A stretch of DNA of 64,000 bases from an uncultured Phycisphaerales bacterium (GTDB lineage: Bacteria > Planctomycetota > Phycisphaerae > Tepidisphaerales > Tepidisphaeraceae). Positions 23,001 through 32,483 of the stretch are shown one piece after another. Location of the stretch: assembly GCA_963758525.1 (NCBI GenBank), contig CAVWVQ010000002.1:160001-224000 (forward strand), read 5' to 3'. Position numbers and translations under genes: made by a program. Under the pieces are notes generated by a model, which saw only the letters and a list, made by a program, of their open reading frames with translations, ran no database searches and was not told where the DNA came from. Within the stretch, counting starts at the first letter, position 1. The number at the start of each line of letters is the position of its first letter.

Positions 23001-24280
23001 ACTGTCTCTTCGGCGGATATGGCCTGGCCAAGGGAACGGCAATCTATGACGATGTGCAACTGATCAAGGGGTCGAGCGGCGCGCTGCCGGGCCTGGTGGG
23101 GTCGGTTGCGTCTGCCGTCATCGAGCACTACGCCCACCGCGCGCCGGTCGATTCGGTCGTCGCCACACTGACGGCAGTGCAAAAAGCCGACCCCCAGCTC
23201 GCAACCCTGGTGATCGACAGCCTGGCCGAGGGGTGGCCGCAGGGGACCGCGCCACAACTGAGCCCCGATGATCTCACATCGCTGCACTCTTTGATGTCGG
23301 TTTTGCCGCCAAATGATCGCACGCGGCTTGTGGCCCTGGCCGATCGTTGGGGGCGCGGCGACATCTTCGCCGCCGACGTGGAGCAGGTTCTCGAAGGGTT
23401 GCGGAAGGACGTGGCGGACACGTCGCTCGATCCAGGCAAACGTGTTGAGGCCGCCCGCAATCTGGTTGTGCTCGACGAGACGGACGCCGCGCCGAAATTC
23501 GTGCTCAAGCAGATTACGGCGCAGACTCCGCCGGACTTGCAGGAGGCACTGGTGCAGGCGGTGGGCAACAGCAAGGCCAACGTCGGTCCGCTGCTGACGG
23601 CCAACTGGACTCATTTCAGCCCGGGCGCGCAGCGCGCGGCCGTCGGACTTCTGCTCCGCAAGCCGCAGTGGACCCCCGCCCTGCTCGACGCGCTGGAAGC
23701 GCGCAAGATTCAGCTCGGCGACCTCAATCCGCAAGACCTGCAATTGCTCACGCAAAATCCCGATAAAGGCATCGCCGCCCGGGCGCAAAAGATCGAGAAA
23801 GACGCCGGCATGGCATCAAACGCCGATCGCCAGAAAGTCATCGACCAGTTCAGCGCCGCCACGGGAAAGACCGGTGATATCGCCGCCGGCAAAGCTATCT
23901 TCGAGAAAAACTGCATGGTCTGTCATACTTTTGAAGGAAGAGGCGCGCAGGTCGGCCCGGAGCTGACCGGCATCGGCACGCGCCCCAAGACCGAGCTGAT
24001 CATCAAGATTCTCGATCCCAACCGCTCCGTCGAAGGAACGTACAAGGCATGGACCGCCGAGACGAAAAACGGTGACACGTTCGTCGGCCGCCTCGCTTCC
24101 GAGAGCCTCACGTCGGTGGAGCTTGTGGATACCCAGGGCCATCACATTCTGCAGCGCAGCGATCTGAAGATTCTGCGGTCATCCAACAAGACGCTGATGC
24201 CCGAAGGATTTGAGTCGCTGGGCGTCGATGGCCTGGCCAATGTGATGGAGTACCTGCAGACGAGCAAGGTGAAGCATTGA
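20044..24280 (+). CDS. PVC-type heme-binding CxxCH protein (ThuA-like + dehydrogenase-like propeller + HEAT + CBM4/9-like + cytochrome c); frameshifts near 21650 and 22025
   Basis: ThuA KGRVFYTAWGHD; PICMAWDERGRLWV; NNTWGLG; GPDGAVWMIDWYN; NLIPNGSFEE...VEPNTQYTLSAWIKT; CMVCH...VGPELT...LMPEG; AGGAG before GTG 20044. Confidence 0.88.
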
Positions 24281-24288
24281 GGGGGGCC

Positions 24289-24489
24289 GAAATCCGAACG
24301 ACGAAACCAGAATCCCCGAATCAAACCCGAATGACGAATGACTGAATGGCAAAACGCATGCATGCAAGCGACACAACGCGATGAGGATCGAGTCGCTGGG
24401 CTTCATTCGGTCATTCGTCATTCGGGCTTGATTCTGGTTTCTGATTTCGTCATTCGGATTTCACGCGCTGGTTTCGTCATTCGGATTTG
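24289..24489. repeat. ~60-bp imperfect inverted repeat built from GAATGAC/GTCATTC units, between convergent genes
   Basis: 24289-24348 pairs with 24404-24462; extra partial unit at 24472-24488. Confidence 0.75.
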
Positions 24490-24494
24490 TGCTC

Positions 24495-25139
24495 TCACAA
24501 CCCCACCCCCGCGCGCTGAATCTGCAGAATCCATGACGGTGTGCGGCTGACGTATTCACGGATCCACTTGTCGCGCGAGAAGTAGTACCACGCGGTGCTG
24601 CCCTGCGTGAGGACGGCGACGATTGCCATCGCGCCGTAGAGCATCAGGGTAAACTGGCGGATGAAAACGGCGTTGTTTGGCTCGAAGTGGAACGCGGTGT
24701 CGCCGGCCGAGAAGTTGATTGTCAGCGGGCCGGGCGATGCGACGATCAGCGTGTCGATGTTCCAGGCGGCGTAGAGCACAAGCAACAGGCCGAGCACCAC
24801 CTGGTTGTAGCCGAGCGTGCGGGCAGCCGAAGGGTCGAGCCGGCGCAGCCGCTCGCGCGCTCGCAATTCCACAAAGGCCGTGATGATCATCGCCAGGCCC
24901 ATCCAGGTTGCGCTGATGGTGGAGAGGCCGGCGATCAATGTGACCGCGGCGAACAGCGCGATCGTCCAGCCGCTCAGCGCGGCCACGTGCACGGCGCGGC
25001 GAACCCTCCGGCAAGCCTTGCGCACCGCGGCAAGTTCCAGCATCTGTTCGCCGGTGAGAACCAACGGATCGACCGCGTCGCGCGGGGACAGTGACAACGA
25101 ATCCATCCGCATTGCATCGGATGAAGTCGCATGGGCCAT
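24495..25139 (-). CDS. Hypothetical multi-pass membrane protein
   Basis: About 4 hydrophobic segments; start uncertain. Confidence 0.65.
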   Translation of the reverse strand: MAHATSSDAMRMDSLSLSPRDAVDPLVLTGEQMLELAAVRKACRRVRRAVHVAALSGWTIALFAAVTLIAGLSTISATWMGLAMIITAFVELRARERLRRLDPSAARTLGYNQVVLGLLLVLYAAWNIDTLIVASPGPLTINFSAGDTAFHFEPNNAVFIRQFTLMLYGAMAIVAVLTQGSTAWYYFSRDKWIREYVSRTPSWILQIQRAGVGL

Positions 25140-25293
25140 GAGTCCTGACGTTCCGCGTATGAATTATGGGACGCGACGGTGCGAAGTGCGGCGATCATCG
25201 CTCGTCCCAGCGCAGCGGAAAAAGCAAAGAAGCCGCGGATGTACATCCGCGGCTCCGAGGAACGTCCGTTACGCTTCGACGACTGGCTGACCG

Positions 25294-26493
25294 TTACTGC
25301 ACGGCGGCGGCGACGATGTCCTGAAAACTCTGCCGCACCGCGGACGCATCGGAATTCGGGAAGTTGGCCCGCTGCACCATGAGCAGGTAGATCAGGTCCT
25401 TCTTCGGATCGATCCATACTTGCGTCCCATAGGCGCCGCCATGGCCAAATGTGCCGGGCGAGAGAGGCGCGGTAAGGCCCTGGGGGTCGCGGATGATGCA
25501 CCAACCCAGACCCCAGCCGTTGCCGGGCGTGAATCCGGTTTGCAATGGGCCGGTCTGAATGGAGGTCATCTGCGTCACCGCCTCCGGCGAGAGATAGCGA
25601 TGTCCGTCAAGCGTGCCGTTGTTGAGGATCATCCGCGCAAAGAGAGCGTAGTCTGTGGCGGTGGAGTAGAGACCCGCGTTGGGCGCGGGGTAACGATCGC
25701 GGGAGGTCACGTCCATTCCATGGAGCAGATAGACAGTCGCGGGGTTGAGCGTTCCGTCCGGCGTGCGCTCGTAGCTCGTCGCAATCCGTGCCGCCTGCTC
25801 GGCGGTGGGATAGAACGTCGTGTCTTTCATGTTCAGCGGATCGAAGAAATGCTTCTGCAGAAAGTCCGGAAACGACTGGCCGGAGATAACCTCCACGATC
25901 CGGCCCAGCGTGTTGATTCCCGACTGGCAATACTTCCAATTCGAGCCGGGCTCAAAATCGACCGGCTTGCCTGCGTATTTGGGGATCAACTCCGCCAGCG
26001 TCTTTGACGCCATCGCTTCCTCGCGACTGGCTTCCTCCATCCCCGACGTATGCGTGATCAGATGGCGGATCGTCAAATGCGCCAGCTTGCCGTCCTTTGT
26101 CTTTACGTCGGCCAACTCCGGGAGATATTTTGCCACCGGATCATCCACGGCCAGCTTCCCCTGATCCTGCAGCATCAGAATGGCGCTGGCCGTGATTGGT
26201 TTGGTCATCGACGCGATCCAGAACATCGTGTCAGGCCTCATCGGCACGTTTTTCGCGATGTCAGCCTGCCCAAAGGTTTCAACGTCCAGCACTCCCTCGC
26301 GGCTTGCGACGAGCGTCACCGCGCCAGCGATCTCGTGCTGATCGATGAACGATTGCATCTTCGGGCCAAGGCCCGCGAGCTTCTTCGGATCGAGTTGCGG
26401 GCCGGCGGTTTCGCCACGAAGGAGATTTGCGCGCAGCAAAATGATTGCGGCGGCGCACGTCAGGATCAGCCACGCGGACGAGTGATGGTTCAT
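25294..26493 (-). CDS. Serine hydrolase, beta-lactamase (class C-like/esterase) family, secreted
   Basis: FWIASMTKP (SxxK), LITHTSG, FEPGSNWKY, FGHGGA; signal peptide. Confidence 0.9.
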   Translation of the reverse strand: MNHHSSAWLILTCAAAIILLRANLLRGETAGPQLDPKKLAGLGPKMQSFIDQHEIAGAVTLVASREGVLDVETFGQADIAKNVPMRPDTMFWIASMTKPITASAILMLQDQGKLAVDDPVAKYLPELADVKTKDGKLAHLTIRHLITHTSGMEEASREEAMASKTLAELIPKYAGKPVDFEPGSNWKYCQSGINTLGRIVEVISGQSFPDFLQKHFFDPLNMKDTTFYPTAEQAARIATSYERTPDGTLNPATVYLLHGMDVTSRDRYPAPNAGLYSTATDYALFARMILNNGTLDGHRYLSPEAVTQMTSIQTGPLQTGFTPGNGWGLGWCIIRDPQGLTAPLSPGTFGHGGAYGTQVWIDPKKDLIYLLMVQRANFPNSDASAVRQSFQDIVAAAVQ

Positions 26494-26514
26494 GGTGAAA
26501 TTGTAACGCGTCCT

Positions 26515-26714
26515 CGTGGCACGGACATCCTGCCCGTGTTGACGATACGAAACAGAAGAGAACTTCCCGATCACGAGAGCTCTCTTCTCCTCCACGCACT
26601 TGACACCGGCGGAGCCACACCTGCGCCCGTGTTAATTGCAGCAAAGAGACTCCTTCATAGCGAACATTTTATTTACTCCCTCGTCGCCAACACGGGCAGG
26701 ATGCCCGTGCCACG
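26515..26714. repeat. REP-like inverted pair, family C (CGTGGCACGGGCATCCTGCCCGTG)
   Basis: 26515-26545 inverted against 26684-26714; third copy at 54269. Confidence 0.8.
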
Positions 26715-26723
26715 GGAAAGCGA

Positions 26724-27302
26724 TCATACAAGGCTCTGACGAAAGCAATCGGCGGTATGGTCGTTCACCATTCCAACCGCCTGCATGAAGGCGTAGCAGA
26801 TCGTGGACCCGACGAAGTTGAAGCCGCGCTGTTTCAGATCCTTGCTCAGAGCATCCGACAGCGCGGTGTGCGCGGGTAGCGAATGGCCGGGCTTGGGCGC
26901 GTTGACGATCGGCTTGCCATCAACAAATCGCCAGAGGTAGGCGTCAAAACTGCCGAACTCACGCTGAATTTGCAGAAATGCCTTGGCACTTTGAACCGAC
27001 GATTCAATCTTCAGGCGATTGCGAATGATGCCCGCATCGTTCATGAGCGACTCCATCTTTCGGCGGTTGAATTTTGCGACGATCGCCGGATCGAATCCCC
27101 GGTATGCGGCCCGATACGCGTCGCGCTTTTTGAGAATCGTCTCCCAGCTCAGCCCGGCTTGCGCGCCTTCGAGGATGACGAACTCGAAGAGCCGATGTTC
27201 GTCGTGCAGCGGCACGCCCCATTCGGTGTCGTGATAGGCGATGCCAAGCGCCGTGGTCGCCCAAGGGCAGCGTGTGCGGGATCGGATTGCCGGGGCCTTC
27301 AT
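26724..27302 (-). CDS. tag: DNA-3-methyladenine glycosylase I
   Basis: RCPWA, YHDTEWG, LEGAQAGLSW, IIRNRLKI, FVGSTICYAFMQAVGMVNDH...C. Confidence 0.95.
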   Translation of the reverse strand: MKAPAIRSRTRCPWATTALGIAYHDTEWGVPLHDEHRLFEFVILEGAQAGLSWETILKKRDAYRAAYRGFDPAIVAKFNRRKMESLMNDAGIIRNRLKIESSVQSAKAFLQIQREFGSFDAYLWRFVDGKPIVNAPKPGHSLPAHTALSDALSKDLKQRGFNFVGSTICYAFMQAVGMVNDHTADCFRQSLV

Positions 27303-27398
27303 AAGCGTCCAGTGTCGACAAGTGCCGGCTGGCCGCAAGCAAACTGCGGCGATATGATGCCGCGTTCAATAATTTGCAGCGCAGCAAAGGAGTGCAGC

Positions 27399-28142
27399 GT
27401 GGCGGGAGAGACCGACCTTCATAAAACCTTGAAGAAGGAAGCGTGCCGATGGCTCTTCCGCGCGGGGTATCGATGCATCGCCGCCGAGGTGCGATTGCGG
27501 CCGCTGGGGATCATCGACGCGGTTGGAACCGGCGTGTTTCGGCCATACCAGAATTATCTGTACATGCAGCGGGAGTTGCCGCAGGTATGTTTCGTGGAGT
27601 GCAAGGCGTCTCGCGCGGACTTCCTGCGCGACACGACCGCCGATGGGCAGATGACGCTGGGACTGATGGAGCGCGAACGGAATCTTCGGTCGCTTTCCAG
27701 AAAGGCGAAGCGCGGCCGGCTGCGATCGTCGGCGGTGCGGGCGCTGGGCACGAAGATCGGGCTGGGAAAATTCGCGGCATGCCTGATGCAGCCAATGGCG
27801 AATCTGCATTACGTGCTGGCCCCATCCGGCGTGGTACAGAAGAAGGATCTTCCGGCGCGGTGGGGATTGCTCAGCTATGGAACGGGCGGAGTGACTCTCA
27901 TCGTCCGAGCCGAATGGCAGGAGCGCGGTCGGATCGAGTTTGTCGAGTCGGCCATCGCGCGAACGCTCACTGGCGATATCTATCGCGCCGATGACCGGGC
28001 CATCAATTCGGTCAACCGTGAGATCTTCTCCCAGCAGCAGACGCTTGCCGATCGCATCCGATCGATCCGCCCGCAAGTGGTGCTCGCCCCGCCGAGGACG
28101 GTGCAAAGCGGTAAGGGCGTGGACTCAATCGTCGGACAATGA
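27399..28142 (+). CDS. PD-(D/E)xK nuclease-like protein, MmcB-like
   Basis: AAGGAG RBS; AEV...IIDAVG...FVECKASRADFLRD...YVLAP...DLP..WGLL. Confidence 0.7.
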   Translation: MAGETDLHKTLKKEACRWLFRAGYRCIAAEVRLRPLGIIDAVGTGVFRPYQNYLYMQRELPQVCFVECKASRADFLRDTTADGQMTLGLMERERNLRSLSRKAKRGRLRSSAVRALGTKIGLGKFAACLMQPMANLHYVLAPSGVVQKKDLPARWGLLSYGTGGVTLIVRAEWQERGRIEFVESAIARTLTGDIYRADDRAINSVNREIFSQQQTLADRIRSIRPQVVLAPPRTVQSGKGVDSIVGQ

Positions 28143-28157
28143 TGAGTGGCGGACCAG

Positions 28158-28213
28158 GTAGCACGGCCGTCTCGGCTGTGGCCTTGGAATCACAGCCGGG
28201 ACGGCCGTGCTAC
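28158..28213. repeat. GTAG-type REP doublet / possible terminator between convergent genes
   Basis: GTAGCACGGCCGTCTCGGCTGTG ... CACAGCCGGGACGGCCGTGCTAC. Confidence 0.8.
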
Positions 28214-28248
28214 TGCAGGACTGCAAAGACCCCGTTCTGATGGACGCC

Positions 28249-28896
28249 CTACAGTATGTTCACCGCACGGGCCGCCAGCACGATGACCACGGTCAGCGAG
28301 ATGGCCGATTGCAGCATCGTCAGCACCTTGGCCCAGCGCGAGAGCACGGGCGAATCCGTCGGAGAAAATGCCGTGCTGGTGTTGAATGCCAGGAACAGGT
28401 AGTCGATAAATTCTGGGGACCAGGGCGATCCGTCGGCTTCGAGCGGGTCGTCCCGGGTCATCTGCGGAAACAGAAACGCCCCCGTTGAATGTCCCGGTTT
28501 CAGGTCGCGCCCATGCGGGCCGCCTCCGTCGAGACGCCAGTACCAATAGGCGAAGACGATCACATTGCTGACCCACAGTGTGGCGGCGGAACGCAGCATG
28601 GTTGCGGGCGCCTCCTTATGCGCAGGCACCGCGAGGACCAGCAGAACCAGCGACCAGATCATGAACAGCGTGATGACGCCGGCGAGCGCGTGTCCGAGCA
28701 ACAGATTCAGGTGATGTTGCCCGCGCCGTTGTGTGATGACGGTGGGCACGATCAGGACGAGCACGATCGCAAGCTGCAGCCAGTGGGGGCCGACTGACAG
28801 GGAAGCAGGCAACGCCAGATAGATGCCGCCCACGGCAAGCACCGCGATCGCGGCAGGCCAGCGAGGCTCGGGGTCGAGAGGCGCGTCGGATTCCAT
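28249..28896 (-). CDS. DUF1345-like membrane protein
   Basis: EPRWP, YWRLDGGGP, FLFPQM, FIDYLFLAFNTSTAFSPTD, ARAVNIL. Confidence 0.8.
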   Translation of the reverse strand: MESDAPLDPEPRWPAAIAVLAVGGIYLALPASLSVGPHWLQLAIVLVLIVPTVITQRRGQHHLNLLLGHALAGVITLFMIWSLVLLVLAVPAHKEAPATMLRSAATLWVSNVIVFAYWYWRLDGGGPHGRDLKPGHSTGAFLFPQMTRDDPLEADGSPWSPEFIDYLFLAFNTSTAFSPTDSPVLSRWAKVLTMLQSAISLTVVIVLAARAVNIL

Positions 28897-29070
28897 TCAG
28901 AGGACTTTCAGCACCACACGACCGATCAGCCAGGCAAGCAACGCCAGTGTAAAGGCCCAAATGACCACTCGGCGCCATTGAGCGGCTCTGAAGTTTACAC
29001 CACAGCGAGGACACACGCCCGAATCAGCGCCGACGATGTCCCTGCAACTTGGACATTTTCGGAGAGTCAC
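28897..29070 (-). CDS. Small zinc-ribbon protein with C-terminal TM
   Basis: CPSC...CPRCG, hydrophobic tail; GGAG before GTG 29070. Confidence 0.65.
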   Translation of the reverse strand: MTLRKCPSCRDIVGADSGVCPRCGVNFRAAQWRRVVIWAFTLALLAWLIGRVVLKVL

Positions 29071-29150
29071 GAAACGCACTCCCAGTACGAGCGCGGCTGG
29101 TGGTGAAAATTTTAAGCGGCGGACCGCGCCAACGGAAGGTGCATGGTTCG

Positions 29151-32100
29151 TCACAGCATCAGGAAATGCGAGTCGCTTGCGGGCGTGGCCTTTTTGGGGA
29201 TTCGGGCGATGCCGAACCCGCCGGCGATGAAGCGAGTGGACGAATCGATGGCTCGGACAGTGACATTGCGAATGGCGCTGGCGGCGCCGCCGATGAGCTG
29301 GTCGTCGCTGTCGAGATAGATGCCATCGACCGGATCGACTCCGGCGGCGATCACCGAGGTGGCGAGGCTTCCGGCGACGTTGAACGTTCGGATCAAGGCG
29401 GAGGAGAAGACGTCTGCGTCCGATCCGGAGCTGCCGAATTCACCGTCGGCGCCCAGGTTGGCGCCGGCGAGAACGCGGGCATCGGAGGCGCCCAGCAGCG
29501 AGACGAAGTTGATGCTGCCGCCGGCGGCGATGGTCCCGCCGGTGACGTTGCCAAGCGAAAGGCGGTTGATCGCGCCGGTGGCAGAAAGCGTGCCGGCCAG
29601 GTCGACACCTCTGTTGACGAAGCTGCGCAGCGAACCCGCGACGGTCACATCGCCCAACGTGACGCGACGGGAGCCACCCCGCATCGTGAGAGTGAGCGTT
29701 GCGCCGGCGCGCCTGCGGTGATGACCAGGTGAAGGCCATTGGCAGCGAGGAACGCCTGTCCCGTGCCGCCGAGGATCGAGAGAGTGACGTTGGTGTTGTT
29801 GACGCTGACGGTGAGCTTATTTCGCGCGCCTGGGCTGAAAGATCCAAGCGGGGTGCCGGCGTCTTCATCCTTGGTGCCGGCGACGCTGAGCTTGCGGACA
29901 ACGCTGGACGTGGAGATGCCGTTGGTGCCAAGGACCAGATGACCGTCGGGAGTTTGCGCGGCAAACGCGGTGGCATTGGCGGACGCGGAGCCGCCACCGC
30001 TGCCGACCGGCGCGGGCAATGTCAGATCTCCAAGCAACCCGAATCCCAGGATCGGCGCGCCGCTCGGATCGAAGGCAGCCACCGCGTTCGCGCCGGCGGC
30101 GTTGGTGGTGCCGGCGACGACGATATCGCCGCCCGGCTGCACGAACACCGCGTCGGCGTCGTCATCGGTGCCGAAGCTCGCTGTCGCCAGCCCGTTGTTT
30201 CCAAAGCTGGCGATGAGGTTCCCGTTGGCGTCGAGATGAACCAGCCCGAAGTGTTTGGCGGCGGTCTGATTGGCAACGAGAATGGAGTCATCGGATTCGA
30301 TGGCGAGTCCTTCAGTATGATCGCCGGTGGTCTGCGACGCATCGGCTGTCAGTCCTGGGACGATGACAAGGCCGGCGCTACCGAAGGTGGCGTCGGCATC
30401 ACCGGCAGTGTTGAGCCGCGCGACGACAATCTGCGCGCCCGTGCTGCCGGCCGCGATCAGGTCGCCATTGCTCTGAAAGGCAACGCTGCCGACGACGTCA
30501 GTCGCGCTGCCAACATCGAAAAGCTGGCGTCCGCTCTGCCCGAACGTGGTGACGAGATTGCCATTGGCATCGCACTCGGCAAAGGCAAAGTTTCCGTCAG
30601 ACGTTCCGCCCGCCACGATCGCGCCGGCGGTATTGCTCGTTAGTGCATAGGCCGCCTCGCTCGTTCCACCGAAGCTTGTCACGCTACTTCCGCCGGTTCC
30701 GAAGGTCGCATCGAGCTGGCCCGACTCGTTGTAGCGCTGGAGAAGAAATCCGCCGCCCGATCCGGCGACGATGAAATTGGTTCCCTGAGCAAGGACCCCA
30801 TGGAATGCTTCATTTGCCGATGCCGGCGTCGTGAGCACGCCATTGACGCCAAATCCCGCAGCGACGGTGCCGTCAGCGCTGAAAAGTTCGATCACTCCCT
30901 GCGAATTGCCGCTGGCGCTGTCCGTCTGCTCGCCGACAACCACGATATCTCCGTTGGAAAGATACGCGGTTCCCTCTGCGGCAAACGGCGCCATCACCGA
31001 ATTGCCGTGATCGAACGTGACATCGTTGGGATCGGCGGGCGTCGGGATGTTGACGACAAAGCTCGTGGTCATCCCCGCCGCCGCGTTACCGCTGGCGTCG
31101 GTCACCGAGCCGGCAGTGAGGGAAACCTGATAGGTGCCGTCCGCTGCGTAGCTCCAGCCGCCGTTGAGGGGAGTGACGGAATAGGTCGCGGTGATCGTCA
31201 GCGCGTTAGTCGAAGAGCTCTTCGTTACGCCGGCGATCGCAAGCGCGCCGGATGGGCCCCGCACCGTGATGTTGGAAGCCGCGATCGTCGCGGCGGCGAC
31301 GTTGCCCGCGTCCTTGTAGATCACCACGATCTGCTTGGAAGCGAGTGAGGCGCCGGTGATCCCCGAGACGTTGATGGCCGCGGTGGGAGGCGTGGTGTCG
31401 GGGATGGGAACGTTGACGGAAAACGAAGTCGACACGGAGAAGGCCCCGTTGCCGGTGATGTCCTTCACCTGCTGATCGACCAGGCTGACGGTGTAGGCGC
31501 CGTCGTTGGCGTGCGTCCACGACGACCCGTTCGGCGGATTGACGGCATAGGTCGCAAAGACGTCATCGGGGTTGGACGAATCGATGCTCACCGCGCCAAC
31601 GCTCGCAACCGACGGCCCGGTGATTCGAAGGTTGCCGGCAGAAATCGAGCCGAGATCGATGGCGGACGGACCGGAATATTCCGCCACGACGGCCTCGTGA
31701 GCTGCCGATGACGCGATGTTGGTCGCGGTGAGTTTTGCGACGGGCGGGATAAAACTCGCCTCGATCTCCAGCGCCGGTGCGACGCCTTTTTCGCCGGAAT
31801 CAAACTGCGCGATGCCCGCGCCGGCTTTCTTCTTCTGGGCAGCCGTCAGGTCGCTGGCTTGCGTCAGGCTTTCGATTGCGAGCGAAACGATGCTGTTGCC
31901 CAGCAATTTCTGCTGCTGCAGATAGCTGGTGAGGTCAAAGGTTTGGATCGCCGCCTTTTGCGAGCTCACGACCGCAGTTGCGCCGCTGATCTCGGAACCG
32001 ATTGCGGGCTGCGTGTCCCAACTAATTCCGTTGGCAACGACGCCAAGTTTTCCCGTGCCGGTCCCTTCAGCCCATGAACTATCCGCGACGGCAAAAACAC

Positions 32101-32425
32101 CGACCGTGATCGGCGGATCGCCGGCGCCTGCCAGGCTTCCGTTCAGTGCCAGCATTGCCGAACTGATCGAGGTGACGCTGCTGATGTCGAATTTGAGGAA
32201 AGTGATCTGCGTATCGCCGCCGACGGTGACAGGATTGTCCACGAAGAGTTTGGGCGCGCCGCCGAAATTGGTGGCGGCGTAAAGGTCGTTGCGCACGGAT
32301 GTGTCGGCGAGGAGCGTCGGTGCAGCGGCGAACAACACGCGACGCTCCAGCGATTCGACTGACGTTCGCGAACCTATTGTCGCGCCTGAATTTCTTCGGT
32401 GGCGCTTCAGCTTCCACTGCGTCAT
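29151..32425 (-). CDS. Large surface protein: DNRLRE/CBM96-like + 2 Ig-like repeats + delta-60-like propeller + C-terminal beta region; frameshift near 29710
   Basis: ESLERRVL leader; ADTSV...TNFG...FLKFDIS; LDATFGTGG repeats; C-terminus in ORF 29151..29684. Confidence 0.8.
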
Positions 32426-32483
32426 CGCGTTTCTCCGAGATTTCGCGCCTCGTCAGCAATCGACCGGCAATACCGACATCGGC

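Noticed and set aside
25294..26493. Antibiotic-resistance beta-lactamase
   Set aside because: Generic serine hydrolase/esterase family; nothing in the sequence specifies beta-lactam hydrolysis
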